A program made the translations under genes and the position numbers. From assembly GCA_963705885.1 (NCBI GenBank), contig OY970120.1, positions 3,497,676 through 3,561,675 on the forward strand: a DNA stretch of 64,000 nt. Reading direction: 5' to 3'. Below are positions 39,636-49,173 of the stretch, one piece after another. Position 1 is the stretch's first letter. The number at the start of each line of letters is the position of its first letter. This stretch comes from an uncultured Actinomycetota bacterium. Lineage in GTDB: Bacteria > Actinomycetota > Actinomycetes > JACCUZ01. The notes beneath the pieces are model-generated. The model saw only the letters and a list, made by a program, of their open reading frames with translations. It searched no databases and was not told the DNA's origin.

Positions 39636-41140
39636 TCACCCGCGGACCCGCAGGGCGCGCAGCGACCCCGGGCCGAGGACCGTGACCCGCACGTGGCGGG
39701 CCGGCCGGTCGAGGAGGTCGTAGGTCTCGAAGGCACCCGTTCGCCCGCTGCTCACGCCGCCGCGCGCCCTCGACCAGCGGCGCCCGTCCACCGACGTGGC
39801 GACGCGGAATCGCACGGCGCGGCCCGCGCCGCCGACCCAGCGCAGCGAGACCGCGCTCACCCGGCGGAGCCCCCCGAGGTCGGCCCGCGCGCGCCCGGAC
39901 CGGCCGGTGCTCGTGCGCGCCGGCAGCACCGGCCGGTCCGAGGGCAGCAGCTGAGCGCGCAGCAGCGCCTCCAGCAGGTAGTGGTCGCCGTAGGTCACCC
40001 CGGCGTCGGGGTAGCGCGCGTCGTGGCGGCCGTGCAGCAGGACGGCCCGCGACCCGGTGCCCCGTGCCAGGTAGCGCGGGCCCGCGAGCGAGCGCAGGGT
40101 GCGCAGCCCCGCCCGGGCGAACGTCGCGCGGCGCGCCGGGTCGGGGTCCACCCGCGCGAGCTCGAGCAGGCCGGAGGCGAGCACCGACCCGGCCGTCGTG
40201 TCACGCGTGCGGTCGCCGGTCGCGGCGGCGTCGTAGTCCCAGAACGGCACCCCGTCGCGCGGCGAGTGCGCGACCGCGAAGTCCGCCGTGCGCCGAGCGG
40301 CGTCGAGCAGCCGCGCGTCGCGCGAGTCGCGGTAGGCCCCGGTGAAGCCGTAGACAGCCCAGGCGTGCCCCCGCGCCCAGGTCGACGTGTCGTGCAGGCC
40401 CTGCACCGTGCCCTTCCAGACCGGCCCGCCGGTGTCCTCGTCGAAGCGGACGACGTGCGTCGTGCTGCCATCGGGCCGGACGTGCTCCCTCGCCGTCGTC
40501 AGCGCGTGCTGCACCGCCATGTCGTGCCAGTCGGGACGCCCGGCGCTGCGAGCGGCGGAGAAGAGCAGCTCGAGGTTGACCAGGTTGTCGACGATCACGC
40601 TGACCCGGCCGGGCGGGCCGTCCCAGCTGCGGATCGCCCCGACCCGGGCACCCAGCGGCTCGCCAGCGACGCGGCCGCGCGCACCGTGACCGCCTCGTGG
40701 TCCGCTCTGCCGGTGAGGCGCGCGCCCCGTCCGAAGCTGGTCTGCAGCAGGAAGCCGAGGTCGTGGGTGGAGGTGTCGTCAGCGCGCACCCGCAGCGGCG
40801 CCTGGCGGGACGCGGCCCGCCGTGCCCAGACCGGCCGGCCGGTCGCCTCGTAGGCCATCCAGAGCCGGCCGGGGTAGAAGCCGGCCAGCCAGCCGCTCGT
40901 GTCGCTCGTGCGCCAGCGGGTGCTCCCGACCGCGACGGTCGGGAAGCGCCCCGTGCGCAGCCGACGGTCGGTGCGGGCCAGCTGCCGGAGGGCGAACTGG
41001 CGCGCCTCGCGGAGCAGCACCTCGTCGCGGGCCTCCCGCGGCCGGGCCTGGGCCACCGGCTGTGCCGACCCGGCGAGCGCCAGCACGGCGAGAACCGCGA
41101 CCGCGGCGAGCCGCCGCCGTGCTTCCCCGTGACCAGTCAT
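39636..41140 (-). pseudogene. glycoside hydrolase family 88 (unsaturated glucuronyl hydrolase) split by a frameshift near a G-run (~40640-40660)
   Basis: N-terminal part (MTGHGEARRRLAAVAVLAVLALAGS signal peptide ... WLAGFYPGRLWMAYEATG ... ASLASRW) is in the frame of ORF 40595..41713. C-terminal part (...AIRSWDGPPGRVSVIVDNLVNLELLF...WARGHAWAVYGFTG...) is in the frame of ORF 39636..40598. The junction lies in tcgggg. Confidence 0.6.
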
Positions 41141-41286
41141 GGCGCCCCGACGGTACCTGCCACGCCGCCGGTGACCGGTGGTTTCACCGGCTCTGACGCG
41201 ACCAGGATGGGCGACTAGGCTGGTCGGGCCTGCCGCACCGCCGCGACCATGACCGAGAACAGCAGGGGAAGAGGGCGATCCACGCC

Positions 41287-44200
41287 GTGTCAGAGCCGAC
41301 ACCGTCATCGGGCCAGGGCAGCCGGACGCATACCGGCTTCGGACCCAACGAGTGGCTCGTCGACGAGCTCTACCAGCAGTACCTGCAGGACAAGAACGCC
41401 GTCGACAAGGCCTGGTGGGACTTCTTCGAGGACTACCGGCCCGCCGACCAGTCCAGCCTGCGGGCCAACGGCGGGGAGTCGCGCCAGACGGCGGGCGAGG
41501 AGACCCCGACCCCCGCACCGCCCGCGCCGGCCGACCCCGCCCCGGTGAGTCGGGCCGACGGGCCGCCGCCGGTCGAGAAGACCGCGCCGGAGGAGACCGC
41601 GCCGGAGAAGGCCGCCGCCGAGAGGCCGGCTGCCGCGCCGGCCGAGAAGCCCGCGGCGACCAAGCCGTCCGACCCGCCGTCCGCCCAGGCGTCCGAGAAG
41701 GCCGCGACCTCACAGCCGGAGCCCGTCCGGCTCAAGGGCCCGGCGGCCCGGGTCGTCGCGAACATGCAGACCAGCCTGAGCGTCCCGACGGCGACCAGCG
41801 TCCGCGCCGTCCCCGCGAAGCTGCTCATCGACAACCGCACGGTGATCAACAACGCGCTGCAGCGCGGCCGGGGCGGCAAGGTCTCCTTCACCCACCTGAT
41901 CGGCTACGCCGTCGTGAAGGCCCTGGCCGTCATGCCGGAGATGAACCGCGGCTTCATCGAGGTCGACGGCAAGCCGGCGGTCACCCAGCCGGAGCACGTG
42001 AACTTCGGGCTGGCCATCGACGTCCAGAAGTCCGACGGCTCACGGACGCTGCTCGTGCCGTCGATCAAGGCCTCCGACGAGATGGACTTCTCCGGGTTCT
42101 GGGCCGCGTACGAGGACATCGTGCGGCGAGCGCGCAACAACAAGCTCACCGCCGACGACTTCGTCGGCACGACGATCAGCCTCACCAACCCGGGCACGAT
42201 CGGGACCGTCCACTCCGTGCCGCGCCTGATGGTCGGCCAGGGCACGATCATCGGCGTCGGCGCCATGGAATACCCCGCCGAGTACCAGGGTGCCGCCCCC
42301 GAGACGCTGTCCCGGCTCGCGGTCAGCAAGACCATGACGCTGACCTCGACCTACGACCACCGCATCATCCAGGGCGCGCAGTCCGGCGACTTCCTGCGCC
42401 GCATCCACGGGCTGCTGCTGGGCGAGGACGGCTTCTACGACGAGGTGTTCCGCGCGCTGCGCATCCCGTACGAGCCCATCCGCTGGGTGCGCGACATCCC
42501 GGCCTCGCACGAGGAGGACGTCGCCAAGCAGGCGAGGGTGCAGGAGCTCATCCACGCCTACCGCGTGCGCGGCCACCTGATGGCCGACACCGACCCGCTG
42601 GAGTTCCGCCAGCGCTCGCACCCTGACCTCGACGTCATCACCCACGGCCTCACCCTGTGGGACCTCGACCGCGAGTTCGCCACCGGCGGCTTCGGCGGTG
42701 AGCCGATGGCCACGCTGCGCAAGATCCTCGGCGTGCTGCGCGAGTCGTACTGCCGGCGCATCGGCATCGAGTACATGCACATCCAGGACCCCGAGGAGCG
42801 TCGCTGGATCCAGGAGCGCGTCGAGGTCCCGTTCGCCAAGCCGAACCGCGAGGACCAGCTCACGATCCTGCGTCGGCTCAACGCCGCCGAGGCGTTCGAG
42901 ACGTTCCTGCAGACGAAGTACGTCGGCCAGAAGCGGTTCTCCCTCGAGGGCGGCGAGGCGGTCATCCCGCTGCTCGACGAGGTGATGACCAGCGCGGCCG
43001 AGGCCGGGCTCGACGAGGTCACCATCGGCATGCCGCACCGCGGCCGCCTCAACGTCCTGGCCAACCTCGCCGGCAAGAGCTACGGGCAGATCTTCCGCGA
43101 GTTCGAGGGCAACCAGGACCCGCGCTCGGTCCAGGGGTCCGGCGACGTGAAGTACCACCTCGGCACCGAGGGCGAGTTCACGGCGCCCGACGGGAGCAAG
43201 ACGAAGGTCTACCTCGCCGCGAACCCCTCGCACCTCGAGGCGGTCAACCCGGTGCTCGAGGGCATCACCCGAGCGAAGCAGGACCGCATCAACAAGGGCG
43301 AGAGCGGCTTCACGGTGCTGCCGGTCCTGCTGCACGGCGACGCGGCCTTCGCCGGCCAGGGGGTCGTGGCCGAGACCCTGAACCTCTCCCAGCTGCGCGG
43401 CTACCGCACCGGCGGCACCGTCCACGTCATCGTGAACAACCAGGTCGGCTTCACCACGTCACCGGCCGCCTCGCGGTCGTCGTTCTACTGCACCGACGTG
43501 GCGCGAATGATCCAGGCGCCGATCTTCCACGTCAACGGCGACGACCCCGAGGCGTGCGTCCGCGTCGCCAAGCTCGCTTTCGAGTACCGCCAGGCGTTCA
43601 AGAAGGACGTCGTCGTCGACCTGGTGTGCTACCGCCGGCGCGGCCACAACGAGGGCGACGACCCGTCGATGACCCAGCCGCTGATGTACCGCCTGATCGA
43701 GGGCAAGCGATCGGTGCGCAAGATCTACACCGAGTCCCTCATCGGTCGCGGCGACATCTCGGTCGAGGAGGCCGAGCAGGCGCTGCGCGACTACCAGGGC
43801 CAGCTGGAGCGCGTCTTCACCGAGACCCGCGAGGCGACCACCGCCCCGGCGGACGAGAGCACCGGCGAGGGCATCGAGGCGCCGTCGGAGCAGAAGGCGT
43901 CGGTCGGGTCGGCGCGCGCCACAGCGGTCGACCTCGAGGTGATCAAGCGCATCGCAGACGCGCACGTCACGATGCCCGACGGCTTCACCGTGCACCCCAA
44001 GCTGATGCCGCTGCTGCAGAAGCGCGCGGCGATGGCCTCCGAGGGTGGCATCGACTGGGCGATGGGCGAGCTGTTCGCCTTCGGCTCCCTGCTCCTGGAG
44101 GGCAAGCCGATCCGGCTGGCGGGTCAGGACAGCCGCCGCGGAACGTTCGTGCAGCGCCACGCCGTGCTCACCGACAAGGCCACCGGTGACGAGTGGATGC

Positions 44201-45096
44201 CGCTGGCCCACCTCGACGAGGGCCAGGCCCGGTTCTGGATCTACGACTCCCTGCTGTCCGAGTTCGCGGCGATGGGCTTCGAGTACGGCTACTCCGTCGC
44301 ACGACCCGACGCCCTCGTGCTCTGGGAGGGGCAGTTCGGCGACTTCTTCAACGGGGCGCAGACGATCATCGACGAGTTCATCTCGTCCTCGGAGCAGAAG
44401 TGGGGCCAGCGCTCCTCGGTCGTGCTGCTGCTGCCGCACGGCTTCGAGGGCCAGGGCCCCGACCACTCCTCCGGCCGCATCGAGCGCTTCCTGCAGATGT
44501 GCGCCGAGGACAACATGACCGTGGCGCACCCGTCGAGCCCGGCGTCGTACTTCCACCTGCTGCGCGAGCACGCCTACCGCGAGCCGCGCCGGCCGCTGGT
44601 CGTGTTCACGCCGAAGTCGATGCTGCGCCTGAAGGCCGCGGCCTCGCCGGTCGAGGACTTCACGAGCGGCACGTTCCGCCCGGTCATCTCCGAGACCGTG
44701 GACGGCATCGACCCGGCCGGTGTGCGCCGGGTGCTGCTGTGCTCGGGCAAGGTCTACTACGACCTGCTCGCCGAGCGGGCCAAGCAGGCTGCGGGCGGGC
44801 AGGGTGCGCAGGCCGCCCAGGTCGCGATCCTGCGGGTCGAGCAGCTCGCGCCACTGCCCGGCCGCGAGGTCGCCGAGGCGGTCGCCGCCTACCCGCAGGC
44901 CGAGCTGATGTGGGTGCAGGAGGAGCCGGCCAACCAGGGGCCGTGGCCGTTCATGGCCCTCAACCTGCCGGCGCACCTGTCGGGCCGCCAGCTCGTCTGC
45001 GTGTCGCGGACCGCGTCGGCCTCCCCCGCGACCGGGTCGCACAAGAAGCACGACGCCGAGCAGCGCGCGCTGGTCGAGCGCGCGCTGGCGCTCTGA
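41287..45096 (+). CDS. kgd: multifunctional 2-oxoglutarate dehydrogenase E1 with fused N-terminal E2 succinyltransferase domain (Kgd/OdhA type)
   Basis: 1269 aa; N-terminal E2 catalytic domain (…[14 protein letters not shown]) followed by TPP-dependent E1 (…GQDSRRGTF…). GTG start with GGGGAAGAGGG upstream. Confidence 0.9.
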   Translation: MSEPTPSSGQGSRTHTGFGPNEWLVDELYQQYLQDKNAVDKAWWDFFEDYRPADQSSLRANGGESRQTAGEETPTPAPPAPADPAPVSRADGPPPVEKTAPEETAPEKAAAERPAAAPAEKPAATKPSDPPSAQASEKAATSQPEPVRLKGPAARVVANMQTSLSVPTATSVRAVPAKLLIDNRTVINNALQRGRGGKVSFTHLIGYAVVKALAVMPEMNRGFIEVDGKPAVTQPEHVNFGLAIDVQKSDGSRTLLVPSIKASDEMDFSGFWAAYEDIVRRARNNKLTADDFVGTTISLTNPGTIGTVHSVPRLMVGQGTIIGVGAMEYPAEYQGAAPETLSRLAVSKTMTLTSTYDHRIIQGAQSGDFLRRIHGLLLGEDGFYDEVFRALRIPYEPIRWVRDIPASHEEDVAKQARVQELIHAYRVRGHLMADTDPLEFRQRSHPDLDVITHGLTLWDLDREFATGGFGGEPMATLRKILGVLRESYCRRIGIEYMHIQDPEERRWIQERVEVPFAKPNREDQLTILRRLNAAEAFETFLQTKYVGQKRFSLEGGEAVIPLLDEVMTSAAEAGLDEVTIGMPHRGRLNVLANLAGKSYGQIFREFEGNQDPRSVQGSGDVKYHLGTEGEFTAPDGSKTKVYLAANPSHLEAVNPVLEGITRAKQDRINKGESGFTVLPVLLHGDAAFAGQGVVAETLNLSQLRGYRTGGTVHVIVNNQVGFTTSPAASRSSFYCTDVARMIQAPIFHVNGDDPEACVRVAKLAFEYRQAFKKDVVVDLVCYRRRGHNEGDDPSMTQPLMYRLIEGKRSVRKIYTESLIGRGDISVEEAEQALRDYQGQLERVFTETREATTAPADESTGEGIEAPSEQKASVGSARATAVDLEVIKRIADAHVTMPDGFTVHPKLMPLLQKRAAMASEGGIDWAMGELFAFGSLLLEGKPIRLAGQDSRRGTFVQRHAVLTDKATGDEWMPLAHLDEGQARFWIYDSLLSEFAAMGFEYGYSVARPDALVLWEGQFGDFFNGAQTIIDEFISSSEQKWGQRSSVVLLLPHGFEGQGPDHSSGRIERFLQMCAEDNMTVAHPSSPASYFHLLREHAYREPRRPLVVFTPKSMLRLKAAASPVEDFTSGTFRPVISETVDGIDPAGVRRVLLCSGKVYYDLLAERAKQAAGGQGAQAAQVAILRVEQLAPLPGREVAEAVAAYPQAELMWVQEEPANQGPWPFMALNLPAHLSGRQLVCVSRTASASPATGSHKKHDAEQRALVERALAL

Positions 45097-45110
45097 CCGC
45101 GGCGCGGCCG

Positions 45111-45287
45111 ATGTACTTCACCGACCGCGGGATCGAGGAGCTCGAGTCCCGCCGCGGCGACGAGCAGGTGAGCGTCGCCTGGCTGGCGTCGCGGCTGCAG
45201 GAGTTCGTCGACCTCAACCCCGACTTCGAGGTCCCGGTCGAGCGCCTGGCCACCTGGCTCGCCCGCCTCGACGACGAGGACGACTGA
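45111..45287 (+). CDS. small conserved hypothetical protein (58 aa)
   Basis: MYFTDRGIEELESRRGDEQVSVAWLASRLQEFVDLNPDFEVPVERLATWLARLDDEDD; acidic, directly downstream of kgd; weak RBS. Confidence 0.4.
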   Translation: MYFTDRGIEELESRRGDEQVSVAWLASRLQEFVDLNPDFEVPVERLATWLARLDDEDD

Positions 45288-45309
45288 CGGGCGGTCGACC
45301 CCTCCCCGC

Positions 45310-45370
45310 GAAATGATCACGCGAGCGTGATCATTTCCGCCCGAGCGCGGCGAATACGGCGCGCTCGGGC
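45310..45370. repeat. REP-like two-hairpin element, copy A (GAAATGATCACGC-ga-GCGTGATCATTTC followed by GCCCGAGCGCG-n10-CGCGCTCGGGC)
   Basis: ~80% identical over ~60 nt to the element at 54194-54260; 3' of the kgd-small-ORF unit, so may act as a terminator. Confidence 0.55.
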
Positions 45371-45480
45371 ACCAGTCAGCGCGGTCGGGGCCGACGTCCA
45401 CGGGGCCGTCGAGGGGTCGTCGAGGTCGGGTCGGCAGGCGCGGACCGGGTCGCCGGATCGTCTGGGTGCTTGACATCTGC

Positions 45481-45522
45481 AAGACGCGATATATCGTCTC
45501 TCTCAAGACGCGATACATCGTG
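45481..45522 (+). promoter_or_regulatory. two 17-nt direct repeats AAGACGCGATA(T/C)ATCGT, each containing a CGATATATCG-type palindrome, between a TTGACA hexamer (45470) and the RBS of the DUF4097 gene; candidate PadR autoregulatory operator
   Basis: Repeats read directly from the sequence, 25 nt apart, immediately upstream of AGGAGAAGAGCC-ATG. Confidence 0.4.
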
Positions 45523-45536
45523 ATAGGAGAAGAGCC

Positions 45537-46346
45537 ATGCAGGAGTGGCGCATCGAGCAGCCGCAGTCGATCGACGTCGAGGGCGTCCGACGACTCGAGG
45601 TCCGGATGATCGGCGGCAGCGTCGACGTCGTCGGGCGCACGGAGGACGCCGACGCCGGCGCCGCCCAGGTCGAGGTCACCAAGGTCTCCGGCCCCCTCGT
45701 CGTGACCCTGAAGGACGGTGTCCTCTCGGTCCACCACGAGCGCCTGACCTGGGGCGGGCTGCTCGACTGGGTCAGCAACCGCCGCGCGGACGCCGTCGTG
45801 TCGGTGTCCGTGCCGGCCGACTGCCCGGTCGAGCTCGGCGTCGTGTCGGCCGACGCCGTGGTCTCGGGCATCGCGGCCGACCGCACCGCCGTGAAGAGCG
45901 TCTCGGGGGACGTGACCCTGGACGGCGTGCGCTCGGACATCTCCGCCCAGACGGTCAGCGGCGACCTCGAGACCCGCGAGCTCGGCGGGAGCCTCAGCTT
46001 CCGGACGGTGTCCGGCGACCTCACGGTCGTCAAGGGCGAGAGCGACACGGTCACGGCCGAGACCGTCTCGGGCGACCTCACGCTGGACCTCGACCTGCGC
46101 CCCGGAGGCCGCATCGACTGCACCAGCGTCTCGGGGGACGTGACGGTGCGGATGCCGGAGACCACGGGCCTGCGGGTCGAGGCGAGGACGATGAGCGGCT
46201 CGCTGGACAGTGCCTTCGACGGCGTGACCACCGACCGCCGGCCGGGCTCGTCGAAGATGACGGGGCAGGTGGGCGCGGGTGACGGGCGGCTGACCGCCAA
46301 GACCGTGTCCGGCGACGTCACCCTGCTGCGGAGGACGCCGGCATGA
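45537..46346 (+). CDS. DUF4097-family protein (putative beta-helical adhesin-like repeats, VSGD repeats)
   Basis: 269 aa with repeated SGDV/VSGDLT motifs; first gene of the pair with PadR. Confidence 0.6.
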   Translation: MQEWRIEQPQSIDVEGVRRLEVRMIGGSVDVVGRTEDADAGAAQVEVTKVSGPLVVTLKDGVLSVHHERLTWGGLLDWVSNRRADAVVSVSVPADCPVELGVVSADAVVSGIAADRTAVKSVSGDVTLDGVRSDISAQTVSGDLETRELGGSLSFRTVSGDLTVVKGESDTVTAETVSGDLTLDLDLRPGGRIDCTSVSGDVTVRMPETTGLRVEARTMSGSLDSAFDGVTTDRRPGSSKMTGQVGAGDGRLTAKTVSGDVTLLRRTPA

Positions 46347-46942
46347 GCCCGGTGTTCGGGCACGGCCGGCTCCGGCTGTACCTGCTCAAGCTGCTCGACG
46401 AGAGCCCCCGCCACGGCTACGACGTGATCCGCGAGCTCGAGGACCGCTTCATGGGCCTCTACTCCCCCAGCGCCGGCACGGTCTACCCACGGCTGGCGCG
46501 GCTGGAGGCCGAGGGCCTCGTCGAGCACGAGGTCACCGAGGGCCGCAAGGTCTACCGGATCACCGACGCGGGCCGCGCCGAGCTCGGCGACCGGCGGGAC
46601 GACCTCGACGACCTGGAGCAGGAGATCGCTGGCTCGGTGCGCGACCTCGCGACCGAGATCCGGTCGGAGGTCCGCGGGTCCGTGCGGGACCTGCAGGCCG
46701 AGCTGAGGACCGCGGCCAAGGACGTACGACGGGAGCGCCGCCATGCGGCCCGCGAGGCTCGACAGGCCGGCCGGTACGGCAGCCACCCCCACCAGGACGA
46801 GGTCGACGCGACGCTCGACTGGTTCCGCTCCGAGGTCCGCGCCATGACCCGTGGCCGCCGGCTCACCGCGGTGGACGTCGCCGAGGTGCGCTCGGTGCTG
46901 CAGCGCACCCTCGACGACGTCCGCCGGCTGGTGAGCGGCTAG
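46343..46942 (+). CDS. PadR-family transcriptional regulator with extended C-terminal coiled region
   Basis: LYLLKLLDESPRHGYDVIRELEDRFMGLYSPSAGTVYPRLARLEAEGLV is a PadR winged helix; ATGA overlap with the upstream gene. Confidence 0.8.
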   Translation: MSPVFGHGRLRLYLLKLLDESPRHGYDVIRELEDRFMGLYSPSAGTVYPRLARLEAEGLVEHEVTEGRKVYRITDAGRAELGDRRDDLDDLEQEIAGSVRDLATEIRSEVRGSVRDLQAELRTAAKDVRRERRHAAREARQAGRYGSHPHQDEVDATLDWFRSEVRAMTRGRRLTAVDVAEVRSVLQRTLDDVRRLVSG

Positions 46943-48012
46943 AACCGGATCTTGAGGATCCGGCCCGACTTCAGCGGCGGGGCTTCCTCGCCGCCCGGGC
47001 TGCCGTCACGGTCGGCCACGCTCCACGCGGCGACGTAGACGTTGCGGTCGCGGTCGACCGCGATGCCGGCCGGCAACGGCACGGCCACCGTGTCGCGACC
47101 CCCCGCGGTCACCTTGACGACCTGGCCGAAGCCCTTCTTGCCACCGAAGAGCTCGGAGACGTACAGCACGCCGAAGCGGTCGACGGCCACACCGGTGATG
47201 CCGGTGAACCCGGTCCAGGCGCGCAGCCGGTCACCGTTGCGGTTGAACTGCACGACCTTCGCCTTGCCCTTGCGCTCGCTGCCCAGGCCGCCCACGTAGA
47301 TGTTGCCGCGCGAGTCCTCGGCCAGCGAGGTCGGGACGAACTCCGGCTTCCCCTTGCGCGGCGTCCACTCGTGGAACACGCTGCGCCGCCCGGTGCGCGG
47401 GTCGACCGAGATGACCGAGTTGCCCGCGGCGTCGGCGACGAGCACACGGCGGCTCGACTGCAGGGCCAGCGTCGCGTAGGGGTTGCTCTCGACCTGCTTG
47501 CCGTCCGGGTTGTGCTTCTCCTCGAACTTCGCGATGTTCGCCAGCTGCGAGGTCTTCCCGTAGCGCGACCGGAGCAGCCAGCCCGACTGCTTGCCCGCCG
47601 GGAAGTCCGGCGACTCCGGCGCACCCGTCGTGACGATGGTGAACAGGCTCCGTCCGCGGACGTCTGCCCCGTCGGCACCGACGGCGAAGGACCCGTCCGG
47701 CGCACCGACGGAGAACAGGCCGCGCAGCAGCACCGTCGGGCGCACCTTCTCGGCCGCTGCCGGGTTGCGGATCAGGGAGACCGAGCCGGTCGCGCCGACA
47801 CAGCCCTCCTCCGAGCAGGTCGGCCCGCCGCGGCCGGCCTCGGCGACGACGAGCGATCCGGACTTCTCGTCCCAGGACAGCTGGCGGGGGTTGTCGAGCC
47901 CCTTGGCGACGACGGTCGCCCTCGGCGCCGCCGAGGCGGCCGGTGCGGTCGTCATCAGCCCGGTCACGGCGAGCCCGGTCACGGCCACGAGGGCAGTCAG
48001 AGGTCTGTGCAT
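46939..48012 (-). CDS. secreted ScyD/ScyE-family beta-propeller protein
   Basis: Signal peptide MHRPLTALVAVTGLAVTGLMTTAPAASA, then a propeller-like region ending …GRILKIRF. ATG chosen at 48012. Confidence 0.6.
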   Translation of the reverse strand: MHRPLTALVAVTGLAVTGLMTTAPAASAAPRATVVAKGLDNPRQLSWDEKSGSLVVAEAGRGGPTCSEEGCVGATGSVSLIRNPAAAEKVRPTVLLRGLFSVGAPDGSFAVGADGADVRGRSLFTIVTTGAPESPDFPAGKQSGWLLRSRYGKTSQLANIAKFEEKHNPDGKQVESNPYATLALQSSRRVLVADAAGNSVISVDPRTGRRSVFHEWTPRKGKPEFVPTSLAEDSRGNIYVGGLGSERKGKAKVVQFNRNGDRLRAWTGFTGITGVAVDRFGVLYVSELFGGKKGFGQVVKVTAGGRDTVAVPLPAGIAVDRDRNVYVAAWSVADRDGSPGGEEAPPLKSGRILKIRF

Positions 48013-48135
48013 GTGCGTCCTTCTTCCCCGTCGAGAGTCCAGCGGTCCGGAGGACCGATCGGGGCAGATGATCACAGCGTCACAGGGTCGTGAGGAATAG
48101 CCCGATCGGGCCATTCGCACCGCCCACGGCACCGC

Positions 48136-49170
48136 TCAGGCAGTGGCGGGCGCGTCGTCCACCGGCGTCGGCCCGGCGTGCTCGGACAGCCAGCCCGGCA
48201 CCCCGTCGCCGAACGCCTCGCGACCGACGGCAGTCGCCTCCAGCAGCGCCCGGCGGTAGCAGTCGGCGCGCAGGACCGTGCCCACCCGCAGCGCGAGCCC
48301 GCAGGCCTCCTCCAGCATCGCGCGGTCGTGGTCACCGGTCCACGGCTCGAGGTAGGCGTCGCGCAGCCGCAGCAGCCCCTTGGAGCCGTACGTCCAGCCC
48401 GTCCTGTCCGCGACGACGCGCAGCGTCACCAGCAGCGTCCCGAACGGGTGCCCGACCACCGAGTCCCCCCAGTCGAAGACCCGCAACGAGCCGCCCGGTG
48501 CCTGCGGGGCGAAGACGTTGTTGTCGTGCAGGTCGTCGTGCTGGACCGTCGCCGGGATGCCGGAGTGCTCCAGGTCCCGGCACATCGTCGCGAACTCCGG
48601 ACCGCAGGCCAGCAGCTCGGCGTACTGCGCCTCGCTGAGCCCCTTCGCGTCGCCGACCATCACGAGCGAGCGGTCGGCGAGGAGGGCGTCGCGGACCGCC
48701 ACGAGCCGGTCGGGGCGCCGGTCGGGCGTGCCCACCGCGAGCAGCTCATCGACGTACGGCTCGAGGGTCCGCTGCATGGCGGCGTACTCGACGAGCAGCC
48801 GCTCCCACATGGCGGGCTCGGCGGCCTCGCTCCCGATCTCGCGCAACGTGGGCCCACCGTCGGGCAGCAGCATCCAGGCGCGGTCGGCGTCCACCGCGAC
48901 CGGCGCGAGCGTGTGCCCGGGTGCGCGGCGGGCGAGCACCTCGAGCAGGCCGGCCTCGTGCGCGACGCCCGTCGCGTTGGCCTTGAACCAGAACGTCCCT
49001 GCGCCGGTTTGCACCCGCACCAGCACCGACCACGGCGTCACGCGGGTCGTCTCGTCCCTCTCCACACGGACACCGCGCTCGGCCAGCCGGGCCACGACCC
49101 AGGCCCGCGCCTCCCGCAGCCAGGTCCCGTCGAGCCAGCCCGGCCCACCGGCGACGATCTCGGTGGCCAC
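48136..49170 (-). CDS. aminoglycoside/choline-kinase-like phosphotransferase (APH family)
   Basis: 344 aa; catalytic motif VQHDDLHDNNVF and DFGD-like VFDWGDSVVGHP. Confidence 0.7.
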   Translation of the reverse strand: MATEIVAGGPGWLDGTWLREARAWVVARLAERGVRVERDETTRVTPWSVLVRVQTGAGTFWFKANATGVAHEAGLLEVLARRAPGHTLAPVAVDADRAWMLLPDGGPTLREIGSEAAEPAMWERLLVEYAAMQRTLEPYVDELLAVGTPDRRPDRLVAVRDALLADRSLVMVGDAKGLSEAQYAELLACGPEFATMCRDLEHSGIPATVQHDDLHDNNVFAPQAPGGSLRVFDWGDSVVGHPFGTLLVTLRVVADRTGWTYGSKGLLRLRDAYLEPWTGDHDRAMLEEACGLALRVGTVLRADCYRRALLEATAVGREAFGDGVPGWLSEHAGPTPVDDAPATA

Positions 49171-49173
49171 GCG

